64,000 nt of DNA from an uncultured Phycisphaerales bacterium (GTDB lineage: Bacteria; Planctomycetota; Phycisphaerae; Tepidisphaerales; Tepidisphaeraceae), in assembly GCA_963758525.1 (NCBI GenBank), contig CAVWVQ010000003.1, positions 1,824,001 through 1,888,000 on the forward strand, given 5' to 3'. A model generated the notes under the pieces. That model was not told the origin of the DNA. It searched no databases and saw only the letters and a program-made list of their open reading frames with translations. Each line of letters begins with the position of its first letter. Positions within the stretch are counted from its first letter, which is position 1. Position numbers and translations under genes: made by a program. Positions 11,260-20,965 of the stretch are shown here, piece after piece.

Positions 11260-14200
11260 TTATGCGACCGGTCGGCCTGGACCATCGTTAAAAGTCTCCT
11301 TCCAACGGTTTGTCGGTCGGGGGGTGGAACTGCGTCGCCGGCGCCTGGCTCCAAGCATAGGGACGGCCCCCCACAGAAGGAGCACCGCCGCGCCTGGTTC
11401 TGGAGTCGACGAATAATAGACAATGTCCAGCCCGCTGGGCGTGCCACCGGAACTGACGAGTTCCAAGGCGAACTCACCGGCCGAACTGCCGGTATTGGCC
11501 CCGGTAAAAGATGATGTATCCAGGACGAAATACTGCGAGTCGGTGGCGTTCGCGGCAGGGGCAAATGGGGCACTGCCCCTGGTAGCCAGCACCACCGTCG
11601 GAGTGCCCGCGCTCGTGGATACGAAGCCTGACGGTCCGGTAAAGCTGCTGAAAGTGGCGAGATGGAAGGTGTAGTAACTGGTTGCGGAAAAGCTGTTTGA
11701 CGCGGAACCGCCCGAAAGAACTTGCACATCCAATGGAAGGGCGCTGGTTAAAGCCGATGCCGTGACTGCGCCGGTGATCTGGAGTTGATCGTAATCGGTT
11801 CCCGCCGCTGGCGTCGCGTCGCCGTGGGAGTCGTTGATCTTCAACGCCAGGTTACTCGCTTGACTCCAGGTTTCGGCGCCGGTTGCGAGAACGCCGGTCG
11901 CGGTGGTTGATGCACCGGCGGTGATGGTGCCGCCGTCGGCGAGGGTGGTCCCTGCCACAGCCTTGATGGTGCCGGCAGTGAGCATCACCGTGCCGGTGAC
12001 GGCTCCATTGCCGCCGAAAATCGCCCCCTTGGCTACGGTAATGTTGCCGGATCCGGTCGCCGACCCATTGCTTGCGCCATTGTTGGCGCGGAGCGTTCCA
12101 GCAGTAATTGTTGTTGCGCCACCATACGTGCTTGAGCCGGCCAGAGTGACCGTGCCGCTTGTCGTCTTCGTAAGGCCCACGCTTCCCGCCAGAATCGCGG
12201 TGGATGAGCCGCTGCGGGCGCTGATGGTGCTGCTGCTGGTCAGGACGCCGGTGGTTCCGGTGATGCTGCCGTTGTTGGTTCCATCGCCGATCTGCAAGCC
12301 GCCAACGCTTTCCGACAGGGAGTTGACGTCGAACGTGCCGCCGATGGCAAGGATGCTGGCTCCGCTGAAGATTTGATCGCCCCCGGTGCCTCCAAGCTGC
12401 AGCGTGCCTCCATTGATCGTGGAGGTGCTGCCCAGCGCGTGAACGCTACCTGTGCTGGTCTTTCCAAGGATGACGGTGCCGGCGTTGACCGTGAGCGCTA
12501 AGTAGCCGTTGTCGCCGGTTCCGCCGAGAGTCAGCGTGTTGTTCCCGTTCTTGATGACACCAGTTCCGCTGGCGCCACCTACGCTCCCGTTCAATGTGAT
12601 GTTTCCGGTGCCATCCACGGTAAAGCTGCCGTTGTTGGAGATGCTGACGGGGACGTTGCCGCTGAGCGAGGCTGCCCCGCCTGTGTTGGTCAGCGTGCCC
12701 AGGGTTGCGTTTGACGTGAACGCGTTGGCAATCGAATTGCCATCCACATCCAGTGTGCCGCTCAGCAGACTCACGGCACCCGTTCCCAATGCAAACGCAT
12801 TGCCAAGTTGCAACGTCCCGGCACTGATCGTGCTGACCCCCGAATAAGTGCTCGATCCTGAGAATATCTGCGTGCCGCCGCCGATCTTCGTCACGCCTCC
12901 GCTGCCCGCAATTGCTCCCGCATAGGCTGCCGGGCTGGTGCCGTCGCCACCGACAGTCAGCGTGGCGGCGCCGAGAGTGACATTTCCGCCGGTGGTCCCG
13001 CCGCCGGTGATCGAGCCGATCTGTGTGCTGAACCCCGTGATGTTGATGCCGGTGGAGGCCGCGTTGGCGAGCGTCAGCGCGGAGTTATTGCCGAAGGCGC
13101 CGCTGGTGTTGGCTATTGATGCCACGCCCGCCGCCAGCGTTCCGCCGCTGACCGCTGTGGCGCCCGTATAAGTATTTGCGCCGGAGAGTGTCTGCGTGCC
13201 GGTTCCAATCTTGGTTATCCCGCCGGTGCCAGAGATCACCCCGGCATAGGCCGCGGGTGTCGTGTTATCCCCGCCGGTGGTGAGCGTGGCCGCGCCGAGC
13301 GTGACATTTCCGCCGGTGGTCCCGCCGCCGGTGATCGAACCGATCTGCGTGTTGAAACCGGTGATATTGATACCGGTCGAGGCCACGTTGGCGAGTGTCA
13401 GTGCCGAGTTGTTGCCGAAAGCGCCGCTGGTGCTCGCGACCGATGCGACGCCCGCCGTCAGCGTTCCGCCGCTGACCGTCGTGGCGCCTGTATAAACATT
13501 TGTGCCGGAAAACGTCTGCGTCCCGGTTCCAATCTTCGTTACCCCGCCGGTCCCCGAGATCACCCCTGCGTACGCCGCGGGACTGGTGTTATCCCCGCCG
13601 GTGGTGAGTTTGGCAGCACCGAGGGTCACATTCCCGCCGCTGATTCCCCCGCCGGTAATCGAACCAACCTGCGTGTTGAAGCCAGTGATATCGATGCCGC
13701 TCCCGGCGACATTGGCGAGCGTCAGCGCCGAGTTATTGCCGAACGCGCCGCTCACGCCCGCGACAGAGGCGACGCCCGCTTTGAGGATTCCGGCGCTGAC
13801 CGTTGTCCCGGAAGAATAGGTGTTACTGCCTGAGAGTGTCAGCGTCGAGGCAGCGCTGTTTTGAACCACGCCGATGACGCTGCCGCCGATATTCCCTGAA
13901 ATCGTATCAGCGCCGGGGTTATTGCCGGTATTGGTAATGGTGCCCGAATTGTTCACCGAATTGGTAATTTTGATGGACGCGTTGGTGGATCCATTCCCGG
14001 CTGTGATCTGCTCCAGAAGCGTCAGGTTCCCACTGCCGCCGATGGCGCCGGAAATCGTTAGATTCGAATACTGCCCGCCGCCCGGATTCCCATTTTGGCC
14101 GTAGGCATTGAGGACGAGGTCGGTGCCGAGAGTGATGGGGCCGGAAAAGGTCGGAGCGTTATTGGAGCCGTAGATTGTGTTCGTTCCGTTACCGGCCGTG

Positions 14201-16359
14201 GTGATCGGATTGCTCATCGTAACGCTCGTATTACTGGCCAACGTGGCGGCCAAGCCGGTATTCGCGCTGTCGCCGAGCGTAATGGTTCCACTGCCAAATG
14301 CATTGGCATTCGCAGAGGTTACGGTGCCCGCCTTGATGATGAGCCCGCCGCTGAACGAACTGCTGCCCGAAAGAGTTTGATTGGCGTTTCCGATCTTGAT
14401 CAGCCCGCCGTTTCCTGAAATTGATCCCGAATAGGCAGGCGATGTGTTGTTGGTCCCGATCGTGAGCGTATTGCTTCCAAGCGCGACGTTGCCGCCGGTG
14501 GTTCCGCCGCCTGCCAACGATCCGATGGTCGCATTAAAGCCATTCAGGCTGAGGGCGGCCGTCGCGTTATTCGCGAGAGTCACCGCCGAGTTCACGCCGA
14601 AGGCGCCGCTGGTCTGCGTTGAGCCGCTGAATGCCGCGGCAGCACCAGCGTTGACCGTGCCCTGCGTAATGACTGTTGCGCCAGTGTACGTATTTGCGCC
14701 GCTGAGGGTGGTGATGCCGGTGCCTGCGAGGGTCAGCGCGCTTGCGCTGGAGTTGTTCTGGATGGCCGATCCGATGTTCAACGCGCCGTTGTCGATGATG
14801 ACCAGTTCCTTGCCACCACCGGCCTGGAGGTTGCCGCCTGAGAGGGCGTCCGTTGTTCCCGCGCTGGTCACCAGGATCCCGCCGGTGCTGACCGTGTTGG
14901 TGCCAGACGCATTCAGCGTCAGATTAGCGGCGTTGAACCGAAGAGTATTGACCGTAAATCCGGACGACGGGGTATCGGTGGCGCTCGCCGTGCCGTTTCC
15001 TACATTAACGTTGCTGGTGCTGGCGTAGTTGGTCTGGTAGCTGCTCAACGCGGTAATTGCTCCGCTTGTGTTTGCAGCCCAATTCGCTCCGCCGACCGTG
15101 GCAAACGCGATTCCGTTGGAAGCCGCGCTCACCAGGACGCTGTTGCTCACAAACGTCGTCGAAGCGGTTGAGACATTCCCTGTCCCCGGCAATGTGAAGT
15201 CAACTGTACTGCCGCTATTGCGCGTCAGCGCGCCCAAGGCCAGCGAGACGCCGCTGGCATTGTTCTGATTGACGACGATTCCCGACGCGCCGTTCGACTG
15301 AAATGTGGTGCCGTTGAATGTCTGCGAGTTGCTCGAGCCGGTGCCGCCGCCGGTGATGGTGAGGCTCGGCAAACCTGCGCCGCCGCCCAACTTCAAGGCT
15401 GAACTGGTGCTGATGATGTTGGTCGCAGTCGTTGGCGTTGTCGCGGCCGAGAAATCGAGGGTCAGCCCGCCGCCATTGACCGTTGTAGCACCCGTATAGC
15501 TGTTACTTCCCGAAAGTGTGGCGGTGCCGCCATTGAGCGTGAACGCGCCGCTGGAGGTTCCAATGATTCCAGAGGCGCTCTCGGCGAAAGTGCCGCCGTT
15601 GACCGTAATGCTATTTCCAGAACCCGTAAATGAGCCGTTGAGCGTCAGAGTGCCGGAAGTCAGGGTTGTTCCGCCGGTTTCCGCATTCACACCGCCGAGC
15701 GTAACAGTGCCTGCGTCGCTGAAAGCCAGCGCGCCGGAGGTGGCGGCGATGCCGCCAGTGATCGTTGTCGCCCCCGCGCCTGTGAATGTCATGGTGACGC
15801 CAGTGCTGATACTGAGCGGCGCGGCGATATTCAGCGTGCCCGCGTCATCAATGTTACCGCTGTTTGTGGTAATGACTGTGAGGGTGCTGGCCCCGCTTTG
15901 GATGGTGAGATTCCCGCTGGCCGCAACAAAGAGATGATCGTTGGCAGCGCCGACGCCCGGGGACACGTTCGGCCCGGCCGCGCTGAGGCTGATGCTGCCC
16001 GATCCGGTGCTATTGCTGATGACGATCGATTGTGTACTGGAATCATCGAGCGTTCCGTAGATCAGGGCGGCGCCTTTGATGTCGAAGCCACCCGGTACCG
16101 TATAGGTGCCGCTGAGAGTCACATCGCTGCTCGACGTAGGCAGTGAGCCGCCATAGGTCGCCGCGGCAGCGAGATTTGTAGAATCGCCAACCGTCACCAA
16201 GGTATCGTTCGCTCTTGCCGACTGTCCGATAAAGGCTGAAAATGGGAGCAGCGCAACCGCTGATGCCAGAGCCAGTTGCCGCTTATGGCGTCGCGCAGCC
16301 TGCATTACAGGGGAGTGGGATTTGAAGCCTTGGGTCGCTAGTTCAAAAGGTTTCGTCAC
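11260..16359 (-). CDS. Autotransporter-associated beta-strand repeat protein with PEP-CTERM sorting signal
   Basis: Signal peptide; many KIGTGTQTLSGANTYTGATxVSGGTL repeats; C-terminal PEPGAAVLLLWGAVPMLGARRRRR. Confidence 0.92.
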   Translation of the reverse strand: MTKPFELATQGFKSHSPVMQAARRHKRQLALASAVALLPFSAFIGQSARANDTLVTVGDSTNLAAAATYGGSLPTSSSDVTLSGTYTVPGGFDIKGAALIYGTLDDSSTQSIVISNSTGSGSISLSAAGPNVSPGVGAANDHLFVAASGNLTIQSGASTLTVITTNSGNIDDAGTLNIAAPLSISTGVTMTFTGAGATTITGGIAATSGALAFSDAGTVTLGGVNAETGGTTLTSGTLTLNGSFTGSGNSITVNGGTFAESASGIIGTSSGAFTLNGGTATLSGSNSYTGATTVNGGGLTLDFSAATTPTTATNIISTSSALKLGGGAGLPSLTITGGGTGSSNSQTFNGTTFQSNGASGIVVNQNNASGVSLALGALTRNSGSTVDFTLPGTGNVSTASTTFVSNSVLVSAASNGIAFATVGGANWAANTSGAITALSSYQTNYASTSNVNVGNGTASATDTPSSGFTVNTLRFNAANLTLNASGTNTVSTGGILVTSAGTTDALSGGNLQAGGGKELVIIDNGALNIGSAIQNNSSASALTLAGTGITTLSGANTYTGATVITQGTVNAGAAAAFSGSTQTSGAFGVNSAVTLANNATAALSLNGFNATIGSLAGGGTTGGNVALGSNTLTIGTNNTSPAYSGSISGNGGLIKIGNANQTLSGSSSFSGGLIIKAGTVTSANANAFGSGTITLGDSANTGLAATLASNTSVTMSNPITTAGNGTNTIYGSNNAPTFSGPITLGTDLVLNAYGQNGNPGGGQYSNLTISGAIGGSGNLTLLEQITAGNGSTNASIKITNSVNNSGTITNTGNNPGADTISGNIGGSVIGVVQNSAASTLTLSGSNTYSSGTTVSAGILKAGVASVAGVSGAFGNNSALTLANVAGSGIDITGFNTQVGSITGGGISGGNVTLGAAKLTTGGDNTSPAAYAGVISGTGGVTKIGTGTQTFSGTNVYTGATTVSGGTLTAGVASVASTSGAFGNNSALTLANVASTGINITGFNTQIGSITGGGTTGGNVTLGAATLTTGGDNTTPAAYAGVISGTGGITKIGTGTQTLSGANTYTGATAVSGGTLAAGVASIANTSGAFGNNSALTLANAASTGINITGFSTQIGSITGGGTTGGNVTLGAATLTVGGDGTSPAAYAGAIAGSGGVTKIGGGTQIFSGSSTYSGVSTISAGTLQLGNAFALGTGAVSLLSGTLDVDGNSIANAFTSNATLGTLTNTGGAASLSGNVPVSISNNGSFTVDGTGNITLNGSVGGASGTGVIKNGNNTLTLGGTGDNGYLALTVNAGTVILGKTSTGSVHALGSTSTINGGTLQLGGTGGDQIFSGASILAIGGTFDVNSLSESVGGLQIGDGTNNGSITGTTGVLTSSSTISARSGSSTAILAGSVGLTKTTSGTVTLAGSSTYGGATTITAGTLRANNGASNGSATGSGNITVAKGAIFGGNGAVTGTVMLTAGTIKAVAGTTLADGGTITAGASTTATGVLATGAETWSQASNLALKINDSHGDATPAAGTDYDQLQITGAVTASALTSALPLDVQVLSGGSASNSFSATSYYTFHLATFSSFTGPSGFVSTSAGTPTVVLATRGSAPFAPAANATDSQYFVLDTSSFTGANTGSSAGEFALELVSSGGTPSGLDIVYYSSTPEPGAAVLLLWGAVPMLGARRRRRSSTPRPTNRWKETFNDGPGRPVA
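12850..13830 (-). repeat. Intragenic tandem repeat, ~324 bp (108 aa) x3
   Basis: The AGVASVA...GAFGNNSALTLANVA...GGNVTLGAA...PAAYAGVISG unit recurs; antisense ORFs at 12938 and 13262 are offset by 324. Confidence 0.85.
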
Positions 16360-16415
16360 TCTTCCGCCTCCAGATTGGGTCGAGAATTCGCCTGAGGAAG
16401 TCCACCCAACCCTTT

Positions 16416-16443
16416 ATTTGCGCGGGAAGCACAGAACATTACA
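16416..16443 (-). promoter_or_regulatory. Putative ECF-sigma promoter TGTAATGTT-N13-GCAAAT
   Basis: Upstream of the PEP-CTERM gene; back-to-back with the site at 16463. Confidence 0.75.
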
Positions 16444-16462
16444 TAATCTTCACTTTTTTTTG

Positions 16463-16490
16463 TGTAATGTTTCCGGCAAGTTGCGCAAAT
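16463..16490 (+). promoter_or_regulatory. Putative ECF-sigma promoter TGTAATGTT-N13-GCAAAT
   Basis: tgtaatgtt-tccggcaagttgc-gcaaat upstream of DUF1559 paralog 3. Confidence 0.75.
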
Positions 16491-16654
16491 TCAGTTTGAT
16501 TCATTGACCATGACGGGGCATGCCCTCCGCCCAGTCGGAAGGGCCCCATGTGCGCGAGGTGGAGCAGCAGCAACATCGGATGGCAGTAACAGATGGAAAC
16601 GAGACTTGCGCGATTGCCGGCGCGGCCTGATTTTCCAGTTCACTGGAGAGGATC

Positions 16655-17650
16655 ATGATCCGAAAGCGATCGCACCCACGTCGCGGCTCCGCGGTTCAAA
16701 TGCGCCACGGTTTTACGCTCGTTGAGCTTCTGGTGGTAATGGGGATTATCGCGGTGCTCATCGCCGTATTGTTGCCCGCGCTGGCCGGCGCTCGGCACTC
16801 CGCGCAGCAGATCAAATGTGGCGCCAATCTGCGAACGCTCGGGCAGGCAATGCTGATGAATGCCAATGAGCATCGGGGATACTTCCCGCTGGCGGGATAT
16901 ATCTATGTGAACGGGAATCCAGGGATTCCGCCAACTCCGAAGAATCTCGGCGATAGCTCCAGGCAGCGATATGCCTACTACTTCGACAATGGCGGAAACC
17001 CCGATCATGACTACTATCCGACCTCCGTTCCCGCTGCATTATCTCCTTACATTTCCACGCAAGTGCGCGGCGACAGTTGGCAGGATGTGGATGCCGACGT
17101 GACGGCGCCGGGTCCTCTTTCAGATGCTTTTGTCTGCCCCTCGGATCAACAGACAATTGAACGCTCGTATGCGCAGACAACATGGCTGCATAATGCGGCC
17201 GAAAACATCACCCGCCGTGGATACTCCAGCTACGGGTTTAACGCCGAAATCCTCGGCTGGTGCGACATGGGGGTTTCGAGCCTCAGCGGACACATGCGGC
17301 TCCGCGGCAACAGTGGGAGGATCCCGCACGTCAGCGACACCATGCTGTTCTGTGATTCTCCCCCCAACAGCCAAGGCTCGTATGAAATTTGGGTTCACGG
17401 TCCCCTGGCGTCGCTCGGGGACGCGTACATGGGCACTTCAGGCGGAGCCATCGGAACCAGCGCTTTCGATCTGGTCCGACATCACGGCAACCTGAATGTT
17501 CTGTACGCTGACGGCCATGTGGACAGCCAGCCGATTCTCAGCAATGGCGCCACAACGTCGTCGGGCACGGCGGCGCTTACCAACCCGTCCAATTGCCCCA
17601 GCGGAGCGTTGACGAAAGTTTCGATGGACGTGGATTTCCCAACCCACTGA
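16655..17650 (+). CDS. DUF1559-like prepilin-type / H-X9-DG protein, paralog 3 (intact)
   Basis: [54 protein letters not shown]; ends VSMDVDFPTH. Confidence 0.92.
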   Translation: MIRKRSHPRRGSAVQMRHGFTLVELLVVMGIIAVLIAVLLPALAGARHSAQQIKCGANLRTLGQAMLMNANEHRGYFPLAGYIYVNGNPGIPPTPKNLGDSSRQRYAYYFDNGGNPDHDYYPTSVPAALSPYISTQVRGDSWQDVDADVTAPGPLSDAFVCPSDQQTIERSYAQTTWLHNAAENITRRGYSSYGFNAEILGWCDMGVSSLSGHMRLRGNSGRIPHVSDTMLFCDSPPNSQGSYEIWVHGPLASLGDAYMGTSGGAIGTSAFDLVRHHGNLNVLYADGHVDSQPILSNGATTSSGTAALTNPSNCPSGALTKVSMDVDFPTH

Positions 17651-17815
17651 AGCGCCGTCTCATTCAATGGCGGGCTTGGAATGGGGCTTCGAGATCAGAT
17701 CAACAGAACCCCGCCGTTATCGCCAGCGCCGCGGTTGCCGCCCTGATCTGCGCGTCGATATTGATTTGCGCAGCGGTGCGAAACGTTACGGAACATTTCG
17801 CGAATCCCGTTTTCC

Positions 17816-17843
17816 TGTAATGTTTGTGGCGCAGTGCGCAAAT
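17816..17843 (+). promoter_or_regulatory. Putative ECF-sigma autoregulatory promoter TGTAATGTT-N13-GCAAAT
   Basis: tgtaatgtt-tgtggcgcagtgc-gcaaat about 85 bp upstream of the ECF sigma gene. Confidence 0.75.
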
Positions 17844-17926
17844 GAGATGTTGAAAACAGTCACGGAGCCCCTCGCGAGCGGCGGCAAGGCTTGGCGTCGG
17901 GCTGCTGATAGCGCTCAGAGTGCAGC

Positions 17927-18457
17927 TTGGACAACTTGCATCCCACCAAGGAGTTAACGAGATACTGGACGACGGCCATGCCGATCGTGGCAGCGTTCGT
18001 CCGCGCACGGACAAACCGCTTCCATGACGCGGAGGATCTGCTTCAGGAGGTCGCCTCAGACGTCGTAGCGCAATTTGAGCAGTATGATCCGGCCCGGTCC
18101 TTCACGGACTGGGCGCTGGGCATCGCGCGAAACAAGCTCAAGCTCTATTACCGGCAGACCGCTACCAGCAAACGCGTGATGGGCAACCTGGCGATGGCAA
18201 AGATCGCCGAGGCGATGGAGAAGGTCGGCGGTGATTCCAGCGAAATTGCCGAGGCCTTGGGAAGATGTCTCAAGGCCGTCGACTCGCGCTCCCGCGATCT
18301 GCTGAATCTGCGCTACGTTGACGACCTGAGCTGCTCGGAGATCGCGGCGCACAAATCCGCAACGACCAACGCGGTCAGGGTTGCGCTGCACCGGCTTCGC
18401 AGCGCCCTGCATCGCTGCATCGAAGAGCGCCTGGTCGCGGAACGGAGGATGGCATGA
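17927..18457 (+). CDS. ECF RNA polymerase sigma-70 factor (PVC-type)
   Basis: DAEDLLQEV, YDPARSFTDWALGIARN, LRYVDDLSCSEIA...VRVALHRLR. Confidence 0.93.
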   Translation: MDNLHPTKELTRYWTTAMPIVAAFVRARTNRFHDAEDLLQEVASDVVAQFEQYDPARSFTDWALGIARNKLKLYYRQTATSKRVMGNLAMAKIAEAMEKVGGDSSEIAEALGRCLKAVDSRSRDLLNLRYVDDLSCSEIAAHKSATTNAVRVALHRLRSALHRCIEERLVAERRMA

Positions 18458-19920
18458 GCGACCCACTTGAACTGGTCAGCGGATACCTTGACCACGATCT
18501 GAGCGACGCCGAGCTGGCGGAGCTTGAGGAATGGATATTAGCCGATCCGGAGCATGCCGCCATTTTTGCGCGACGGGCGACGATTCACAGCCAGATTCGC
18601 GATGCGCTGGCGGGCGAGGTGTCGCTGCGGCTCTCACAAATTCGCTCGCCGGAGCTTTTCGAGCCGATCGAGGGCTCGAACCTCGACGTCAATCCGCACG
18701 ACATGCTGAACGACGCGATCATCATGAAGGCGCTGATCGAATCGGATGAGAGCGACGAGCCAGCCCCGATCGAGCTTCAGCCCCTGCAGCCGCCCACGGA
18801 GCCGGCCGCTGCCCGACACCGGTTGTTCCCTCGCCGCCGCGCCCTGCTCGGCGGCGGGTCGCTGGCGGCGATGATCCTGCTGAGCCTGGGCATGTTCCTC
18901 TGGCATCTCTCCTCCCGCGATGCCGTGAAGCTGACTGCGCGAATCGACGCCGCCTGGGAAGACAGTGACGACGCGCCCGCTTTGGGAAAATCGGTGCCGA
19001 TGGGAAAGACGTTGGCACTCACTCATGGCTACACGGAACTCACCTCCGACAACGGCGCGAAGATTGTGATTCAAGCTCCGGCCAAGTTTATCGTGGACGC
19101 GCGCGATCACCTCACGCTCCTCCGCGGGAGATTGACCGCTCAGATTCCAGGCCCCGCGCACGGATTTACCGTGACGACGCCGGCGGGAGAAATAGTCGAC
19201 CTTGGCACGGAATTCGGCGTGAACGTCGGCCTGGATAATGTCGTCGAGACGCAAGTATTCGTTGGGCGAATACAGGTAACATCGACCGCAACGGCAACCG
19301 GAAGCACGGTGATGCTTTCTGCCGGACAGGCGGCGCAACTTGCCGATTCGGGGGTCTCGGTCAACTCGACTCCGGCGGAACCCGGACGCTATGTGCGCAA
19401 CATCGACCAGGTCGTGACACCGTTCCCAACCCACAGTACGGGCGAGGGCCTCAGCGAAGGGAGCCAGGATCCCAACTGGCGAATCACCAGCGTGCCAAAC
19501 CAACCGAAATGGCAGCCGAAGCGCGCGGCAGTGTCCGACGGCCTGAAGTTCTACGTTCCCAATGACGCGCGATCAGCCTGGATCTCGATCGCTCCCAGGC
19601 TGATTGACGTAGACGCAGGCCTTTACACCTTCGCAACAACGTTCGAGCTGACCGGGTTTGACCCGTCATCAGCTCACCTGCATCTGAAGATTGCTGCCGA
19701 TGACAATGTGGCTGAGGCTCGACTGAACGGACACGCGATCGACACGCGAAAAGTCGGACCGAGCCAATGGTATCGCGCGATGTATCCACTGGATTTCGAC
19801 AGCGGTTTTGTCGCGGGCGTCAACCGGCTGGAAATCGTTGTGAAAAATGCGACATTGTCCAAGGTCGCACTAAACGCTCAGTTGGAGGGATATGCCCTGC
19901 GCAACGCGGAGCATCGATAG
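18454..19920 (+). CDS. FecR-like transmembrane anti-sigma factor
   Basis: ATGA-coupled to the sigma gene; YLDHDLS...ELEEW N-terminus, TM helix, GFTVTTPAGEIVDLGTEFGV FecR motif, C-terminal beta-sandwich (ADDN...LNG...GVNRLEIVVKN). Confidence 0.88.
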   Translation: MSDPLELVSGYLDHDLSDAELAELEEWILADPEHAAIFARRATIHSQIRDALAGEVSLRLSQIRSPELFEPIEGSNLDVNPHDMLNDAIIMKALIESDESDEPAPIELQPLQPPTEPAAARHRLFPRRRALLGGGSLAAMILLSLGMFLWHLSSRDAVKLTARIDAAWEDSDDAPALGKSVPMGKTLALTHGYTELTSDNGAKIVIQAPAKFIVDARDHLTLLRGRLTAQIPGPAHGFTVTTPAGEIVDLGTEFGVNVGLDNVVETQVFVGRIQVTSTATATGSTVMLSAGQAAQLADSGVSVNSTPAEPGRYVRNIDQVVTPFPTHSTGEGLSEGSQDPNWRITSVPNQPKWQPKRAAVSDGLKFYVPNDARSAWISIAPRLIDVDAGLYTFATTFELTGFDPSSAHLHLKIAADDNVAEARLNGHAIDTRKVGPSQWYRAMYPLDFDSGFVAGVNRLEIVVKNATLSKVALNAQLEGYALRNAEHR

Positions 19921-19943
19921 CCCCAACACGAACGCGCCAGTTA

Positions 19944-20176
19944 TCAGGTCGAGCCCGGCCCCGCGCTGCTGCGCCGGATAACGCGAACGTCTGGATAGAT
20001 CGATCGCGCCTGCTCGGCGCAAGTTCAACCATCAACCGCTCGTCCACGCGAGCAAGCATCCCGCCGCTGAGTTGTCCCTGGATGTCATCGCAGGCGTACG
20101 TGCAGAGTTTGTGATGCACGTCCCGCCACGACTGCTCCATGTATGGATCCATTCCTGGAAAGGGGCTTGTGCTCAT
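19944..20176 (-). pseudogene. Truncated DUF4058-family N-terminal fragment
   Basis: MSTSPFPGMDPYME..WRDVHH...VDERL, then IYPDV after a shift, stopping after about 77 codons. Confidence 0.7.
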
Positions 20177-20421
20177 GATTCTCTCCACATCGATCGGCAA
20201 TATGATAACACAGGAGGCGCATAGCGCCCCTGCCCGACGTGTAGCTGCCGAACTCGCTCGTCGTTTCTGCAAAGGCGAACCGCGAGCAAGCTCGGCGGGT
20301 GTCCGGTGGAAATCTTCCCGGTGAATGACACATGAAATCGCGTTCGATCAATTGCTGCAACTGAGTCGCGCCTGTCGGCGCAGTCGATTTCGTGCGCCGA
20401 TGCTAAAATGCGTTCAGCGTC

Positions 20422-20730
20422 ATGGCGGTTCTGCAGCCCCTTGCCAATCTCGACAGCACCCAGTCGATCATCGTCTGGTCGCTGGTGCTCATCTGCCTGA
20501 TCATCGTGGGGATGGCGGTGACGCTGCAGGTGAAGAAAAAGGTCACGGAGACTGGATCGACCACCGGGTCCGGGGGCGGCTTCACGTTGTCGGACCTGCG
20601 GGAGATGGTCAGGCAGGGAACGCTGACGCAGGAGGAATTTGAAAAGGCCAGGGCGAAGATCGTGGAGGCGGCAAAACGGGCGTCGGAACGCCAGAACCGG
20701 CCTCAGGGGAAGGACTTGCCGCGTATTTAG
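20422..20730 (+). CDS. Small membrane protein with SHOCT-like C-terminus
   Basis: One TM helix, then FTLSDLREMVRQGTLTQEEFEKARAKI. Confidence 0.75.
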   Translation: MAVLQPLANLDSTQSIIVWSLVLICLIIVGMAVTLQVKKKVTETGSTTGSGGGFTLSDLREMVRQGTLTQEEFEKARAKIVEAAKRASERQNRPQGKDLPRI

Positions 20731-20965
20731 GGACGTTGATAAGCTGGGGTCCGGCTGTTTTACACTTGCGGTCGCGAGAAGACTAAGATAGGAACAAGAA
20801 GGCACGGAATCGCGTATCAAGTCTGTGCCCGTGGTTGTTCGATAACCTACGGTGCAGCAAGCGCTGCGCGACCGTGCGCAGAGCAGACTGCGGACCGTCG
20901 GCGGACGGGAAGTCTGTCACACCCAAGGATGGGGCGGTTCCACGCCCCTGCAGGAAGGCGAGTCG

